A stretch of 64,000 nt of DNA from Octopus vulgaris (GCA_951406725.2 OX597814.1:169446001-169510000), one strand, 5' to 3'; positions 37,541 through 51,589 are shown, numbered from the stretch's first letter. The notes: generated by a model not told the origin, from the sequence alone. Numbers and translations are program-made.

Positions 37541-38357
37541 TGAAAAGTGTGATGCAGGTAACAGTGGTTTATGATGGTGATAGTGATGATGAATGATTGA
37601 GATGATAGTGATGAAATTTTCAAAACATAAAATATAAAGGAGAATGATTATCAAATAATAAAGTACAAAATAAGATTTATCAAGAAGTGGCAGCATTAAC
37701 AGTAGCAAAAACAGCAGCAATAATATCTCCTTCATCATCATCATCATCAGCAGCAGCAGCAGCATCAGTGCAGCAGCAGCAGTTGGTGATGTATTGAGAC
37801 AATCTTTTGTAATTTCCTGTCAGATGCACATTCAAAAACTGTTGGTGATGCTTGCTGCATTTAGACAGATAGACAAACAGACACACGGACACGCAGAGTT
37901 ACGTAAGAGCAGACAAATCTGTACATGTATGTATGTGTGTGTGTGTGTGTGTATACAGACACACACACACACACTGTATGGTAAGGCTTTAACAAGTAGA
38001 ATAGCACTCAATCAGCTAAGAGAGTAAAGATAATGTTTATAATGAAAACCACAAATCTTGTGAAATACAGCTACCCAGGGTCTTCTTGTCAAAATTTATT
38101 TTGCTATCTATCAAGCTGATAAGAACAAGACTGTTTGTCAGCTGCTTCCAAAGAAGCTGACATTTGAACAAGGAACACTCAGAAGGAAGAAGACAGAAAG
38201 AAGCATAAAAAACTCAGAGGAGATAACCATTGTTACAATGAAAATACGTCAAAAATATGTAATGAGATCAGAATAGTCTTTGAGATGTGTTTGGTGGTTT
38301 TTCTTCAAATTCCGCTAAACTGTATTTTTAAATCTGTAGACATAACGTGGACATATA

Positions 38358-38522
38358 GGCACAGGCATGGCTGTGTAATAAGAAGCTTACTTCCCAACCC
38401 ACATGGTCCTGGGTTCAGTCCCACAGCATGGTACCTTGGAAAAGTGTCTTCTACTATAAGCCTTGAGCTGACCAAAGCCTTGTGAGTGGATTTGGTAGAC
38501 GGACACTGAAAGAAGCCTGTCG

Positions 38523-38564
<42 letters not shown>

Positions 38565-38760
38565 TGTCCCTCATTCATCCCTTGACTATTGATACTGGTG
38601 TGTTTACATCCCCATAACCCATAACCTAGTGGTTCAGGAAAAGAGACTGATAGAATAAGTACTAGGTTTAAGAAAATAAGTCCTGGGGTTGATTTGTTCA
38701 ACTAAATCCTTCAAGGCAGTGCTCCAGTATGGCTGTAGTCAAATGACTGAAACAAAAGAA
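38358..38760 (+). mobile_element. SINE family A
   Basis: As for 681-1090. Confidence 0.75.
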
Positions 38761-38999
38761 TAACAGAATAAAGAAAAAATCTCGTTCCTGGAATCTACGC
38801 AGTCATTGAAGGCTCTTAAGATACAGTTTTTCAATAAAACATATCAAACATCCTTTTGACTTGTTATTCTAGAGTTTGGTTTTGGAAAGGATTTTCCACT
38901 TGATGTCATAGTTAATCCTTTCATCTTTAAACTTCCAGATTAATGCCAAGAGAGTTGTAGTATATCTGTTTTTACAGTGTCTAAAGGTCAACAGATGGT

Positions 39000-39430
39000 T
39001 GTTATCTATATTATTTACATTCCACGGATATTTGTCCTCATCTTGTTTGTTGTTAATACGTTTCGGCTGATATACCCTCCAGCCTTCTTCAGGTGTTTTG
39101 GGGAAATTTTGAGGTATTTTTCGATGTTGTTGTTGTTATTATTATTATTACTATTATTATTATCATTATCGAACTCGGAATCTTGGGGTTAGTAGCCCGT
39201 GCTCTTAACCACTATGCCATATGCCCAATTATGGAGTGAATTTTAGGGCTTATAAATCTAATATTTTCCTATCCTTCCTTAATACCAGTTCCCATATGCT
39301 GCTCATATCTACACTCGGTCTGCTTAGGAGGCATATGTGCTGCTTCTTTTAGTTTTTGGGTTTTCCAGTGGTGTTCTCTGTCTATTATTTTAATTTCATC
39401 CCATAAGTCTCCATTTTTCCATACGTGATG
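39000..39430 (-). mobile_element. Penelope-like element 3' end: GIY-YIG C-terminus, tRNA-like segment, (AAT)n, hammerhead
   Basis: HVWKNGD.WDEIKIIDREHHWKTQKLKEAAHM; tggcatagtggttaagagc...gagttcgat (39169-39226); acac-CTGAAGA-a-ggctg...cagcc-GAAA-cg-TA (39053-39097). Confidence 0.8.
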
Positions 39431-40020
39431 GTTGTTATGTCTGGATTTTTCCATACATAGATACATTTTTCCATACATAAATAGTTGTTATGTCTGGATT
39501 TAAATTTTCCTTCCACTAATCAAGTATAACACTTGACCTCTGTTTGGCCATCATCATAATTAGCTAATACCTGTGATTCAAAAACAACGAAGGATATATC
39601 ATAATCCTGCCCTAGAGGACACCCTAGAGGACATCTTTGCCTAACCCGGATGCACATGTAGAAATAAATCTAAATGTCTTCAACTAAAAGGGGTGGTAGT
39701 ATTGAGAGAAGTAGCTGTATCAAGTGGTGAGAGGTTAAAGTGTGATAGAGGGACAGAAATAAGTGTCATACAGTAGAGGAGCTACATGTCTGCTCCAGAC
39801 CAAGCAGTGAACGGTTGATACAATAGACTAGTGGAAAACATGCCTTCCAGCATTAGTCTTTTACTTGTTTCAGTCATTTGACTGTGGCCATGCTGGAGCA
39901 CTACCTTTAGTCAAGCAAATCTACCCCAGGACTTATACAATAGACTAGTGGAAAACATGCCTTCAAGCATATAGTTATGTAACTTTTGTTTTCAGAGTTC
40001 AAATCTGGTTGATATCAATT

Positions 40021-40234
40021 ACTCTTTTACTTGTTTCAGTCATTTGACTGTGGCCATGCTGGAGCACCACCTTTAGTTGAGCAAATCGACCCCAGGGTTT
40101 ATTCTTTGTAAGCCTAGTACTTATTCTATTGGTCTCTTTTGCTGAATTGCTAAGTTACGGGGACGTAAACACACCAGCATCAGTTGTCAAGCGATGTTGA
40201 GGGGACAAACACATATACACAAACATATACACAC

Positions 40235-40275
<41 letters not shown>

Positions 40276-40391
40276 TACGACAGGCTCTTTTCAGTTTCTG
40301 TCTACCAAATCCACTCACAAGGCTTTGGTTAGCCTGAGGCTATAGTAGAAGACATTTGCCCAAGGTGTCACGCAGTGGGACTGAACCCGGA
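40021..40391 (-). mobile_element. SINE family A (head truncated)
   Basis: As for 681-1090. Confidence 0.8.
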
Positions 40392-40534
40392 ATTAATAAA
40401 ATTATTAGTAAAATTAGTCAAATTATTAGAATCGCTTATCAATGTAATTGCTAGATTGGACAAAATGTCCTCTGATATTTAGTTACATCCCTTTACATTC
40501 TGATTTCAAATCCTGCCAAAGTCAGCTAATGTTT

Positions 40535-40632
40535 TTAGTAGTAGTAGCAGTAGTAGTAACAGCAGCAGCAGTAACAGCAATAGCAGCAGCAGTATTAGCA
40601 GTTGCAGCAGCAGCAGCAACAGCTATAGTAGC

Positions 40633-40676
<44 letters not shown>

Positions 40677-40767
40677 CAGTAGTAGTAGTAGCAGCGGCAG
40701 CAGCAGCAGCGGCAGCAGCAGCAGCAGTAGTAACAGCAGCAGTAGCAGCAGTAGCAGTAGTTGTAGT

Positions 40768-40799
<32 letters not shown>

Positions 40800-41128
40800 T
40801 AGTAGTAGTAGTCATTTCGTGCTATACAATATCACGTACCATAGTGAAGTATAATGAAATTGTTGGAGCAGTTCCAATATTTTCATGCTTGTGTAATGGA
40901 TGTTAGATTAAGTCATAAAAACCCACAACTTTATCCAATATTCCAATATACATCCATATATCACCTGTTTGATTTATTTATTCATTTATTTATTTTTGCA
41001 TTATCAAAAGTTTGGCACTGTGTAACATTACCTGACTGGTTTTTTTTTTTTTTTTTTTTTGTAGTAGTAGTAGTAGCAGCAGCAGCAGCAGCAACAACAA
41101 CTATAGTAGCAGCAGCAGTAGCAGTAAC

Positions 41129-41166
<38 letters not shown>

Positions 41167-41390
41167 GGGTGGGGTGGTAATAGTAGTAGTAGTAGTAGTA
41201 GTAGCAGCAGCAGTAGTTTGTGTATTAGTAGTAGTTGTTGCTGTTTGTGCTGAAGTAGAAGTTATTGTGGTAGTAGTAGTTGTCAGTTGTGTAGTAGTAG
41301 TAGCTTGTGTAGTAACAGTTTGTGTAGTAGTAGTAATGGTGGTGGTGGTGGCGGTGGTGGCAGTGTTAGTAGTAGTCTGTAGTGTAGTTG
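40535..41390. repeat. (AGT)n/(AGC)n microsatellite blocks
   Basis: Direct inspection (40535-40812 and 41060-41390). Confidence 0.9.
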
Positions 41391-41994
41391 TTGATTTTTG
41401 TCTGTATTTGCCTTGTTGTTGATTAATCCCGAGTGAACCTTGAGTAAACAAACATAATCAAATATATATTCCGGTTGTGACCTCCCCATCTGTTCAGATA
41501 CAGTAGATTTCAGACTGTGTTACCAAATATGTCTTCAACCCTTTTCTGTAAGATGGTTCGATGTGTGATTTAAGGAAGTTCTTGACTGTCACTTCTAGCA
41601 AGTCAAGCAACCATGTATATATGTTTCTTTGTCATCTCTCTCAGCTCTTGTTTCTGTTTAGCCCCAGGTCAGCCCTGGTTAAGGAGATTTATGATCATCT
41701 ATCACAAGCTATAGGACATAATGTCAAAAGTATTCCAGACATAACAGTCATGTATCACATCTTTTTTGATATTTTAGGGATTACATCATTGAACAAATGC
41801 TTCTTTTCCCTAAAACGGTAGGGTGCAGTTTGAAGAAGATTTAGCTACTATTTCTAGCAAGTCATATGACCACGTGGAGATCTTCCCTTGATGGCTTATT
41901 GTTATTCCTCTTAGTTTTATTGTATTTGTCAATTTTATTGTTCTACATAGCATTAGCAGTGAAACACCATTGTAGATGTTTATTTTGATTTTCA

Positions 41995-42003
41995 CCATCA
42001 CCG

Positions 42004-42036
<33 letters not shown>

Positions 42037-42255
42037 CCATCACCATCACCATCACCATCACCATCATCATCACCATCATCATCACCATCACCATCACCAT
42101 CATCACCATCACCATCATCATCACCATCATCCACCATCATCATTATCGTCATCACCATCATCACCACCACCACCACCACCACCACCACCACCAACACCAA
42201 CACCACTACCACCACCATCGTCATCGTCGTCGTCGTCATCATCATCATCATCATT
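41995..42255. repeat. (CAT)n/(CAC)n microsatellite grown from an RTE tail
   Basis: Abuts tttaacatctgtttttccatgctggcatg (RTE 3' end, minus strand). Confidence 0.85.
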
Positions 42256-42593
42256 TAACATCTGTTTTTCCATGCTGGCATGTGTTAGATATTTTGACTG
42301 GATCCAGTGAGCTACAGCGTTAGTGTCGGTATAGTTTCTATAGCTAGATGTTCTTCCTAATACCAACCATTTTACAGTGTATACTGGGTGCTTTTTTCCC
42401 CCCTTACTACCAGCACTAGTGAGATTGCCAAGTAGCTTGCAAAACAAGAAAAGAACAGAGAAAAAGAAAAAGCAAAAAGCTCCATTGACTAAAGGGGGAG
42501 AATATTTGAGTGGGAGAGGTGGCTTCATGCCAAGTGTTGAATGGCTAAAGTATGATAGAGGGTCAAGTATATTTTAACATGAATATAGTATCA

Positions 42594-43030
42594 TCATCAT
42601 CATCATCATCATCATCGTTTAACGTCCACTTTCCATGCTAGCATGGGTTGGATGATTTGACTGAGGTCTGGCGAACCAGATGCCTGCACCAGACTCTAAT
42701 CTGATCTGGCAGAGTTTCTACAGCTGGATGCCCTTCCTAATGCCAACCACTCCGAGAGTGTAGTGGGTGCTTTTATGTGCCACCAGCACGAGGGCCAGTT
42801 AGGTGGTACCGGCAACGGCCACACTCAAATAGTGCTTTTTATGTGCCACCTGCACAGGGCCAGTCCAGTGACACTGGCAACGACCTCGCTTGAATGTTGT
42901 TTTTTCATGTGCCACCAGCACAAGTGCTAGTAAGGTGACACAAGTAACGATGACGCTTGAATGGTGTTTTTAACATGCCATCGGCACGGAGGCCAGCTTG
43001 TTGCTCTGGCAACGATCTCACTCATATGGT
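42594..43030 (-). mobile_element. RTE 3' tail with about five ~60-bp units
   Basis: Close homologue at 53350-53820. Confidence 0.85.
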
Positions 43031-43134
43031 ACTCATAGCATGAATTTGTTTCGCATAAATATAGCATCATTTATGAATTTGTTTTGCAAGATTCCTGATG
43101 TGGAATTGTGTGTTGAAACAGATATTCATATATT

Positions 43135-43452
43135 CAAAGATGGTCACTTTTTATTCTTGCCAAATAAACAGTCACGCTATATACTGTATTTGTTCTCCAT
43201 TCATTTATTATTGTTCTTATTTTATCTTACGTCCATTGTCAGGAAATCTCTCTATTTGAGACAGAATGGACCAAACAGAACGAGAGGAAACATGTGGTTG
43301 AAAGAATTGCTGAAGGGGTCACAGATGTGTGATGAAAGATTTCCAGACAATAGAACATTAGGATAAAATAAGAACAATAATAAATAAGTGAAGAACAAAT
43401 ATAAAGTGCATGTGTATATTTGGCAACAAAAAAAGAAAAATGACCATCCTGA
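43135..43452. repeat. Imperfect foldback (~115-bp arms)
   Basis: gatggtca...tttattattgttcttattttatc...ttgtc.ggaaatct is mirrored by agatttcc.gacaa...gataaaataagaacaataataaat...tgaccatc. Confidence 0.75.
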
Positions 43453-43758
43453 AATATTACAATAATGAAAAAATAATTTTACTAAATTCTTTAATTATTT
43501 TCAAAATTAATTAAGGCAAAAAAAGTATATTTTAACATGAATATGGTATCAGAAGGTTAATATCATGTTTTTTTTCTTTTTTTTGTGACTAATGTTCAAA
43601 AAGCTGGAATTTCTTTTAATCCTCATGATGCAAATGTGGTTGTGTGGTCAAAGAGACTGCTTCCCAACCACATGGTTTTAGGTTCAGTTCCCCTGCATGT
43701 TACCTTGGACAAGTGTTGTCTACTAGTCCCAGGCCGAAAAAACCTTGTAACCCATCAC

Positions 43759-43789
<31 letters not shown>

Positions 43790-44981
43790 TGTATGTATGT
43801 ATGTATGTATGTATGTATGTATGTATGTATGTGTGCATGTATGTGTTTGTGCATATGTATATATGTCATTGTTCAGTTTTATTTCAAGATTGCTTGCCAA
43901 CAGAGAAAGAGCTGGTTTCTAATCTAGATCCAAGGCTCCTTCTTTGGAATTCCAACAACATCAACAGGATATTTTTGTATGTATGTATATCTGCAGATTT
44001 GTATGTTGTTTATGAATGTCTTCTCATGCATATACTTTGCATATCTAGACATGCTCATATATGCTTAAATGATAAACTTCTGCAAATGGTGATAATGATG
44101 ATGATGATAATTAATTCACTGGCAAATTAATTAATTGTAATTCATTTATTTTTCTATAATCTTTTATGAAAATAAATTAGTTTTAATCAGAAAATATATT
44201 TGGACAGCAATCTTAGTTTCGGTCTTCCTCTTTAGCTTCTTTGTTAACCATTGTATACATTATACACAAAAGTAATTAATGAAGGAGCATCTTTATTGTC
44301 ACATAATCCTCTGGAAATAGCAGTAGCATGCCTCTTAAATTAATTTTATTTGAATCCCTGTGATGCCGGATTTTTATACCCTAATAAATAAAATTATATA
44401 TATATATATATATATATATTCATATAAAAGAATGTATAAAGATATATGCTCAAAGAGAAGAACCATGACAGGACTTCTTACATGCTAAAAAGGACAGTTA
44501 AACCCAAACCACAAAGAAATAATTCTAAAGGCATGCCAATAATGGTACTCCTTTTGCTGAACTACACCGCTAAGTTATGGGGTTGTAAACAAACAAACAC
44601 CTGTTGTCGAATGGTGGTGTGGAACAAACAAAGACACCCCCACATACATACACATATATCAGGGGCACATAATATCGGTGTGTTAGGTGTGTGCTGCACA
44701 CCCATTGAAAATGGCAAATTCATTATAAAACTTTTGTTATATCTTTGCTTGAAATTTGGCGGCATCGTGTGTGGCAACACACCCAATACAACAACCACTA
44801 CACCACTCCATATATTTATACTATGGGCTTCTTTCTGTTTGTGTCTACCAGATTCACTCACAAGGCTTTGGTTGCCCCAAGGCTATTATAGAAGACTCTT
44901 GTCCAAGGTGCTACACAGTGGGACTGAACCTAAAACCACGTGGTTGGGAAGCACACTTCTTACCACACAGCCATGCCTGCA

Positions 44982-45025
<44 letters not shown>

Positions 45026-45919
45026 AGTAGTTGAGTGAATTATCCTAGTATGGATAATTCGGTTAACCAATACCCGGGTAGCAAATTCACGTCAGAAAAC
45101 ACGGTTGAAGCTACATGCCAAGGGCAGAAATCATGTGCTTTTGTGTGGAAATTTGTGCGTTTTTTTTAATAAATAAATGAAAGAATGGAGTCGAACGACG
45201 GTTAAATCATCATTCGACTCCATTCTTTCATTTATATATATATATATACACACACACATTAGGGTAGTGGGCTGGCGGAAGCATTAGCACACCAGGTGAA
45301 ATACTTAGTGGTTATGTTCTGAGTTCAAATTCTGATGAGGTCAACTTTACCTTTCATCCTTTTGGGGGTTGATTAAATAAGTACCACTTTACACACTGGG
45401 ATCGATGTAATCGACATAATCACTTTGTCTGTTCTTGCTTGTCCCCTCTATGGTTAGCTCTCTGTGGGCAATAGAGAAATAAATATATATATGCACATAT
45501 ATGAGAGGGTGGAGGACATATTCCTCTAAATTGTTATTACAGAAAGTTTATATAGAATTATCTTCATGTTCTTGTGAGTTTTCAGTCACTTTATTGAATT
45601 ACAGATTTCTATTCAAAAAATTATCAAAATGAGAGACAGAAAAAAATGTGTAAATCTATTTTGAAAAGATTACTAAATGTTTGAGCATGCATGTACATAT
45701 GTGTGTGTGTGTGTGTGTGTATGTGTGTATACACATATATTTATATATGTTATGCTTCTTTCAGTTTCAATCTAGCGAATCCAGTCGCAAGGCTTTGGTC
45801 AGCCCTGGGCTATAGAGTAGAACACGCTTGTGTAAGTTGCCATTTCAGTGGGGAGTAAACCCAAAACTCTGTGGGGGGTTGGGAAGTACATTTCTTACCA
45901 CACAGCCATGCCTGCATCT

Positions 45920-46409
45920 GATGACGACAATGATGGCAACAACTATGACAATGATGATGACAACAATGATGATGATGACGATGATGATGATGACGATGAT
46001 GATGACGACGATGATGATGACAATGATGATGATGATGACAACCATGACGACAATGATGATGACAATGACGACGACAATGATGACAACAATGATGATGATG
46101 ACGATGATGATGACGATGACGATGACGACAATGATGATGACAATAATGACAATGGTGATGATGACAACGATGATAATGATGATGATGATGATGATGACAA
46201 TGATGATGATGACGATGACGACGATGATGATGATGATGACAATGATGATGATGATGACCATGACGACAATGATGATGACAATGACGACGACAATGATGAC
46301 AACAATGATGATGACGACGATGATGATGACGATGATGATGACGACGACAATGATGATGACAATAATGACAATGGTAATGATGACAACGACGATGATGACG
46401 ACGATGACA

Positions 46410-46440
<31 letters not shown>

Positions 46441-46450
46441 CAACGATGAG
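45920..46450. repeat. Compound (ATG/ACA/ACG)n array with 216-bp higher-order duplication
   Basis: accatgacgacaatgatgatgacaatgacgacgac at 46041 and 46257. Confidence 0.85.
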
Positions 46451-46782
46451 TCAATTGCATGAAACCTGTTTTACCAATACATAGTTCTTAGCCAATGTTA
46501 AACATTTCTAACATAATTATGCATTGAGCACTATTCGTTATTTTTGCAGGAAAAAACCCAAACAAGCAAAATACATAAACAAAAAAGCCTTGGGAGATTT
46601 GGTTTAATTTGAAAATCGTTGAATTTGAGCTGCTTCATCTAATTTCTTTCTTTGAAATTCTGGTAGAGATGAAATATTTATGGCTTGAAATCTTCAAACA
46701 TTGTGTAAGTCAATAATTCTCTGATAGCATCACTGAAGTGTGGCTGTGTGTGCAAATACAATTGTGTGTGTGAGTGTGTGAG

Positions 46783-46842
<60 letters not shown>

Positions 46843-46874
46843 TGCACGTGTGTATGTGTATGTGTATGTGCCTG

Positions 46875-46909
<35 letters not shown>

Positions 46910-47669
46910 TACAAAATTACAAAACCTGAAATAAATTTTAAAATAGTTAAGCTACAGTTTTTAAAAACCGTAAACAGATGTAAGTATAGCTTGTTATTCT
47001 CTTTGCATGCTATAAAATAGAAAATGATTGTCTTGACATATTTTATGGGTTTGTTGATTTCTCACTAAGGACAAGTGTCGCCTTCATTCTCAATCATATG
47101 AAGAGAACTAATAGCAATCACTATTTAAAGCAAATAAAAACATGACCTTGATACAAACAAGACCACAATAATAAAAAAAAAACGACCTTAGTACTTGAGG
47201 CTTGCTTAGTAATTGTGGCTATTAAAATAAAAATAATCATTTCTTCATAATATTTGGTAAGATTATAAATTTGAATTTGAAATTTGAAATTTAAGAATTA
47301 TACAGGAAAACATGCACGGAATTCACATATTTGACTTTACTTCTGTTTCTTTATTATGAAAGTCAGTGGTAATCATAAAGAACACGTAATTAAATAAATA
47401 ATAAATATTTGAACACAACATAGCATGTATTAGAAAACTTGAGATAAATTTTGAAGTAGTTAAACCTTTCCGGTGAAACTTCAAACAGAATATTACAGCT
47501 AAGTTCTAGTTTATGCTTCAATTAAATAGTGATTACTACAATTACTCTCAAGAATGAATGAAATATGTCAGGGAAATCTTTATTTTTTCTGTGTGCAAAT
47601 AATAATGTTTAAAGTTCCACAGAGAAGGCTTTAAAATCTGCAGTGAACTAATTTAACTTTGTACATATA

Positions 47670-48214
47670 CTAGCAGTATTGCCCGGCTTTCTCTCTCATT
47701 CTCTATCTCACTCTCTCTGTCTCTCACTCTGTCTCTCACTCTGTCTCTCACTCTCTCTATCACACTCTCTGTCCCTCACTCTCTCTCTCTCTCTCCCTCT
47801 CCCTCTCTCTCTCTCACTCTCTCTCTTCTCAGAAGACAAAGAATGACAGACAAAAGGATTAAGTCGATTATATCGACCCCAGTGTGCAACTGGTACAGTT
47901 TTTAATTGACCCTGAAATGATGAAAAGGAAAGCTGACCTCGGCGGAATTTGAAATCAGAATGTAACTGAGTAAAGTTCACTATTCAATGCATGGGATAAG
48001 GCCTAAACAAACACATTATTGATTTTTGCGCTTGCGAGATGAATTTCGGAACAGAAATAGTGCAGTTCAATTTTCATTCGCCTAAACTTTAAGTGACCCA
48101 TTTTTGGTGGTTCTACGATTTGTTGGCTAGGAGGAGATGTGCCGGGAAGTTAAACACACAGACACACACACAGATACACACACAGACACACAAGTTGAGT
48201 TTTATATACATAGA
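47670..48214 (-). mobile_element. Non-autonomous Helitron containing a SINE-B fragment and (CT)n
   Basis: Minus strand A|TCtatgtatataaaac start, ccgggcaatactgCTAG|T end. Confidence 0.7.
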
Positions 48215-49154
48215 TGTACGTATGTGTCTTTGCATATGTATGTATGTATGTATGTGAGTATATATGCATGCATGTATGCATAAAGTCATCAAAGTAAAAG
48301 AGAACAGTTGATTAGATCAACCCCAGTACTCAACTGGTACAACAATTCTGCCAGCTTGCTGCCTTACTGTTTAACATTTAAACTGATCATATCTGGCTAA
48401 AATAGTCTACCTGTTTTATTTTCAAACTGGCCAGATGCAGCCTCTCACACCAATCCTACAATATTATTCCAAAAATTAACCGTTACCTCATCAAAATCTC
48501 AACTCTACAAGATAATACATGATTAATTCAAAACAACATGACTATATAAGCATTACATTTAACAAAACAATGTGACTGCTAAAGAATTAATATCTGCAGA
48601 TGCCTCGTCTGGCACCTGTGCTGGTGGCACATACAAACACCATCCGAGCGTGGCCGTCTGCCAGCCTCGCCTGGCACCTGTGTCGGTGGCACATAAAATC
48701 ACCCACTACACTCTCAGAGTGGTTGGCGTTAGGAAGGGCATCCAGCTGTAGAAACACTGCCAGATCTGACTGGCCTGGTGCAGCCTTCGAGCTTGCCAGA
48801 CCCCAGTTGAACCGTCCAACCCATGCTAGCATGGAAAGCGGACGTTAAACGATGATGACGATGATGATGATATTAGCCACAGTGCCTGTCTAAGCACCAT
48901 CAGCAGCGTGGAGGCGCAATGGCCTAGTGGTTTGGGCAGTGGACTCGTGGTCGGAGGATCGCGGTTTCGATTCCCAGACCGGGTGTTGTGCATGTTTATT
49001 GAGCAAAAACACCTAAAGCTCCAAGAGGCTCCGGCAGGGGGGTGGGTGGTGACCCCTGTTGTACTATTTTGCTCCAACTTTCTCTCACTATTTCTTCCTT
49101 TATATTGGTTCAAGTGCTTGATTGGTACTTTGTTTTATTGATCACTGTTCCCAA

Positions 49155-49202
<48 letters not shown>

Positions 49203-50066
49203 CACCACCACCACCACCACCACTACTACTACTCAATTCTGTATTTGCTACATTCACTACTTACCTTCATCCACAAATGTCTTGAGAATAGATACCTAAG
49301 AAAAAAAGGATTGTTTCACTGAAAATAAATGGTAAATGTAATGGATGAGTATGTACTCACGCATACACACACACACACACACACACACTCACATACAGAG
49401 AGAGAGAAAGAAAGGGAGAGAAAATCCATGCCTTACATGGATATTCAGTCTTAAAACTTCCCTGTTTTCTTGGGAAGAACTGCTTTTATCATATTGGAAT
49501 TCACTGAATAATAGTTTGCCAAGTTTGTAAAGATTTTTTTCTTCCAATTTTCTGGAACAGCTGTTCACCATTCCTGCCATTTTGTATGTTAAACAATAGC
49601 AACTTTAGCAACTTTTCTCAAGTCAGTGAACTCAATTGTTAATACACAAAACCTATATTTTTCTTAGCCAAAATTGCTGTATTTATCTATACTGAACATA
49701 CAAACACATGTCTCTCATAGGTTTCTGCAATGAGTATTCCAGTTACTCAATCAAATAGAACTACATATTAGTGTCAAATTTTGGCACAAGGCCAGCAATT
49801 TCAGGGGAGGAGTTACGTCAATTACATTGACCTCAGTGCTCAACTTATGCTTGATTTATCGACCCTGATAGGATGAATAACAAAGTTGACCTCAGGGGAA
49901 TTTGAATTCAGAAAGTATAGACAAATGAAATGCCGTTAAGCATTTTGCCCAGCATGTTAATGACTCTGCCAGCTCACCACCTTAAAATGGAATTACATAT
50001 TGACTGAATTATATTGTAAGTAGCTTGGTATTCCACCTGGCATACTATGAGTTGGTGAATTGTATT

Positions 50067-50958
50067 TATGAGGTGGTGTCAAATGGTTCATGGACTAGTT
50101 ATGATTAATAAAAATAACTTGCTTATTTATGTTTTAACATCATCTCCTTCAAAATAGTTACCTTGCACAGCAATACACCAGTTCCGGTGTTCCTGCTACT
50201 TTTGGAATCCAGCTTGTAAGTCGTTTTTGTAAGCAAGTTGAGGATCTTCTGTGATTCGCTCTGGATTTCAAAAACAGTGTTAAAACAGCAACCATTGATT
50301 TGCATTTTCATCTTGGGGAAGAGACGGAAGTCTGCAGATACTAAATCTGGTGAATAGGGTAGGTGCGGAAGTGATACCATGTTGTTTTTGGCAAGGAACT
50401 CATGAGTTAAGAGTACTCAGTGACAGAGTGTATTGTTATTGTGAAGAATCCAATTCTTCATATTCCACAGATTTGGTTGATTTCGCTAAAAGTTCTCCTT
50501 CAAATGCTTCAAAACATTGCAGTAGAACTCTCAGTTGATGGACTGACCCTGGAAGATGAATTCTCGATGCACAATATCACATTTTCAGTAGGACTTCCAG
50601 ATCACTCATCATCTTCCAGTGATGTTCTCCCACTTTTAAAGTGCCTGTGCCACTTGAAACATTGTGAATGGCCCATTGCCTTGTTGCTCTAAGTTTGCTA
50701 TCTATGTAGCAGACTTCCCAAATTTAATGCAAAATTTCACATTGGCTTTTTGTTCCCTTCCATAACAAAATCGCAGACTACAGCATAAACATGATCTCAA
50801 AAACATAAATTTCACAACTTGTGAAGTAAACAGAGTGATGTCACTCAGTACTTTGCCTCATGAAGGACACTGCTAGCTCTCACTGTGCATGCAGCTGTGT
50901 GCTGCCATCTATTGGGTCACTGTAGAGCTAGTCCAGGAAAGTTTTGATACCACTCATT
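50067..50958 (-). mobile_element. Internally deleted mariner DNA transposon
   Basis: LPHLPYSPDLVSADFRLFPKMK (YSPDLAP.D motif); imperfect TIRs tgaggtggtgtcaaa..ttc.tggactag / ctagtcca.gaa..tttgataccactca. Confidence 0.85.
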
Positions 50959-51106
50959 ATTTAGTTGACTATTTATGAGCATATATCTAAGCAAGGTGAC
51001 TATTTTGAAAGAGATAATGTTAAAATTTAGGTAAATTAGTTATTTTTTTATTCAAACATTACTAACCCAGGAACCTTTTGATACCACCTTGTATATGTGT
51101 GTGTGT

Positions 51107-51139
<33 letters not shown>

Positions 51140-51141
<2 letters not shown>

Positions 51142-51556
51142 CGTGATCGTTACCAGGGCAACAAACTGGCTTCCATGCCGGCGGCATGTAAAAAGCACCA
51201 TTCGAGTGGGATTATTACTTGCGTCCCCTTACTGGCGCTTGTGCTGGTGGCATGTGAAAAAACATTTGAGCGAGGTCGTTGCCAGCGCTGCTGGACTGGC
51301 TCCTGTGTAGGTGACACATAAAAAGCACCATTTGAACATGGCTGTTGCCAGTACTGCCTGACTAGCCCTCGTGCTGGTGGCATGTAAAAGCACCCACTAC
51401 ACTCTCAGAGTGGTTGGCGTTAGGAAGGGCATCCAGCTGTAGAAACTCTACCAGATCAGATTGGAGTCTGGTGCAGCCATCTGGTTCACCAGACCTCAGT
51501 CAAATCGTCCAACCCATGCTAGCATGTAAAGTGGACGTTAAACGATGATGATGATG

Positions 51557-51558
<2 letters not shown>
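51140..51558 (+). mobile_element. RTE 3' tail with ~60-bp units
   Basis: aaaagcacca units, then gtggacgttaaacgatgatg. Confidence 0.8.

Positions 51559-51589
<31 letters not shown>

Noticed and set aside
45810-46484. Long His/Asp/Met/Ser-rich ORFs (also 17555-18206, 40448-42528, 16590-17078, 61446-62239)
   Set aside because: Translations of microsatellites that are open in several frames on both strands
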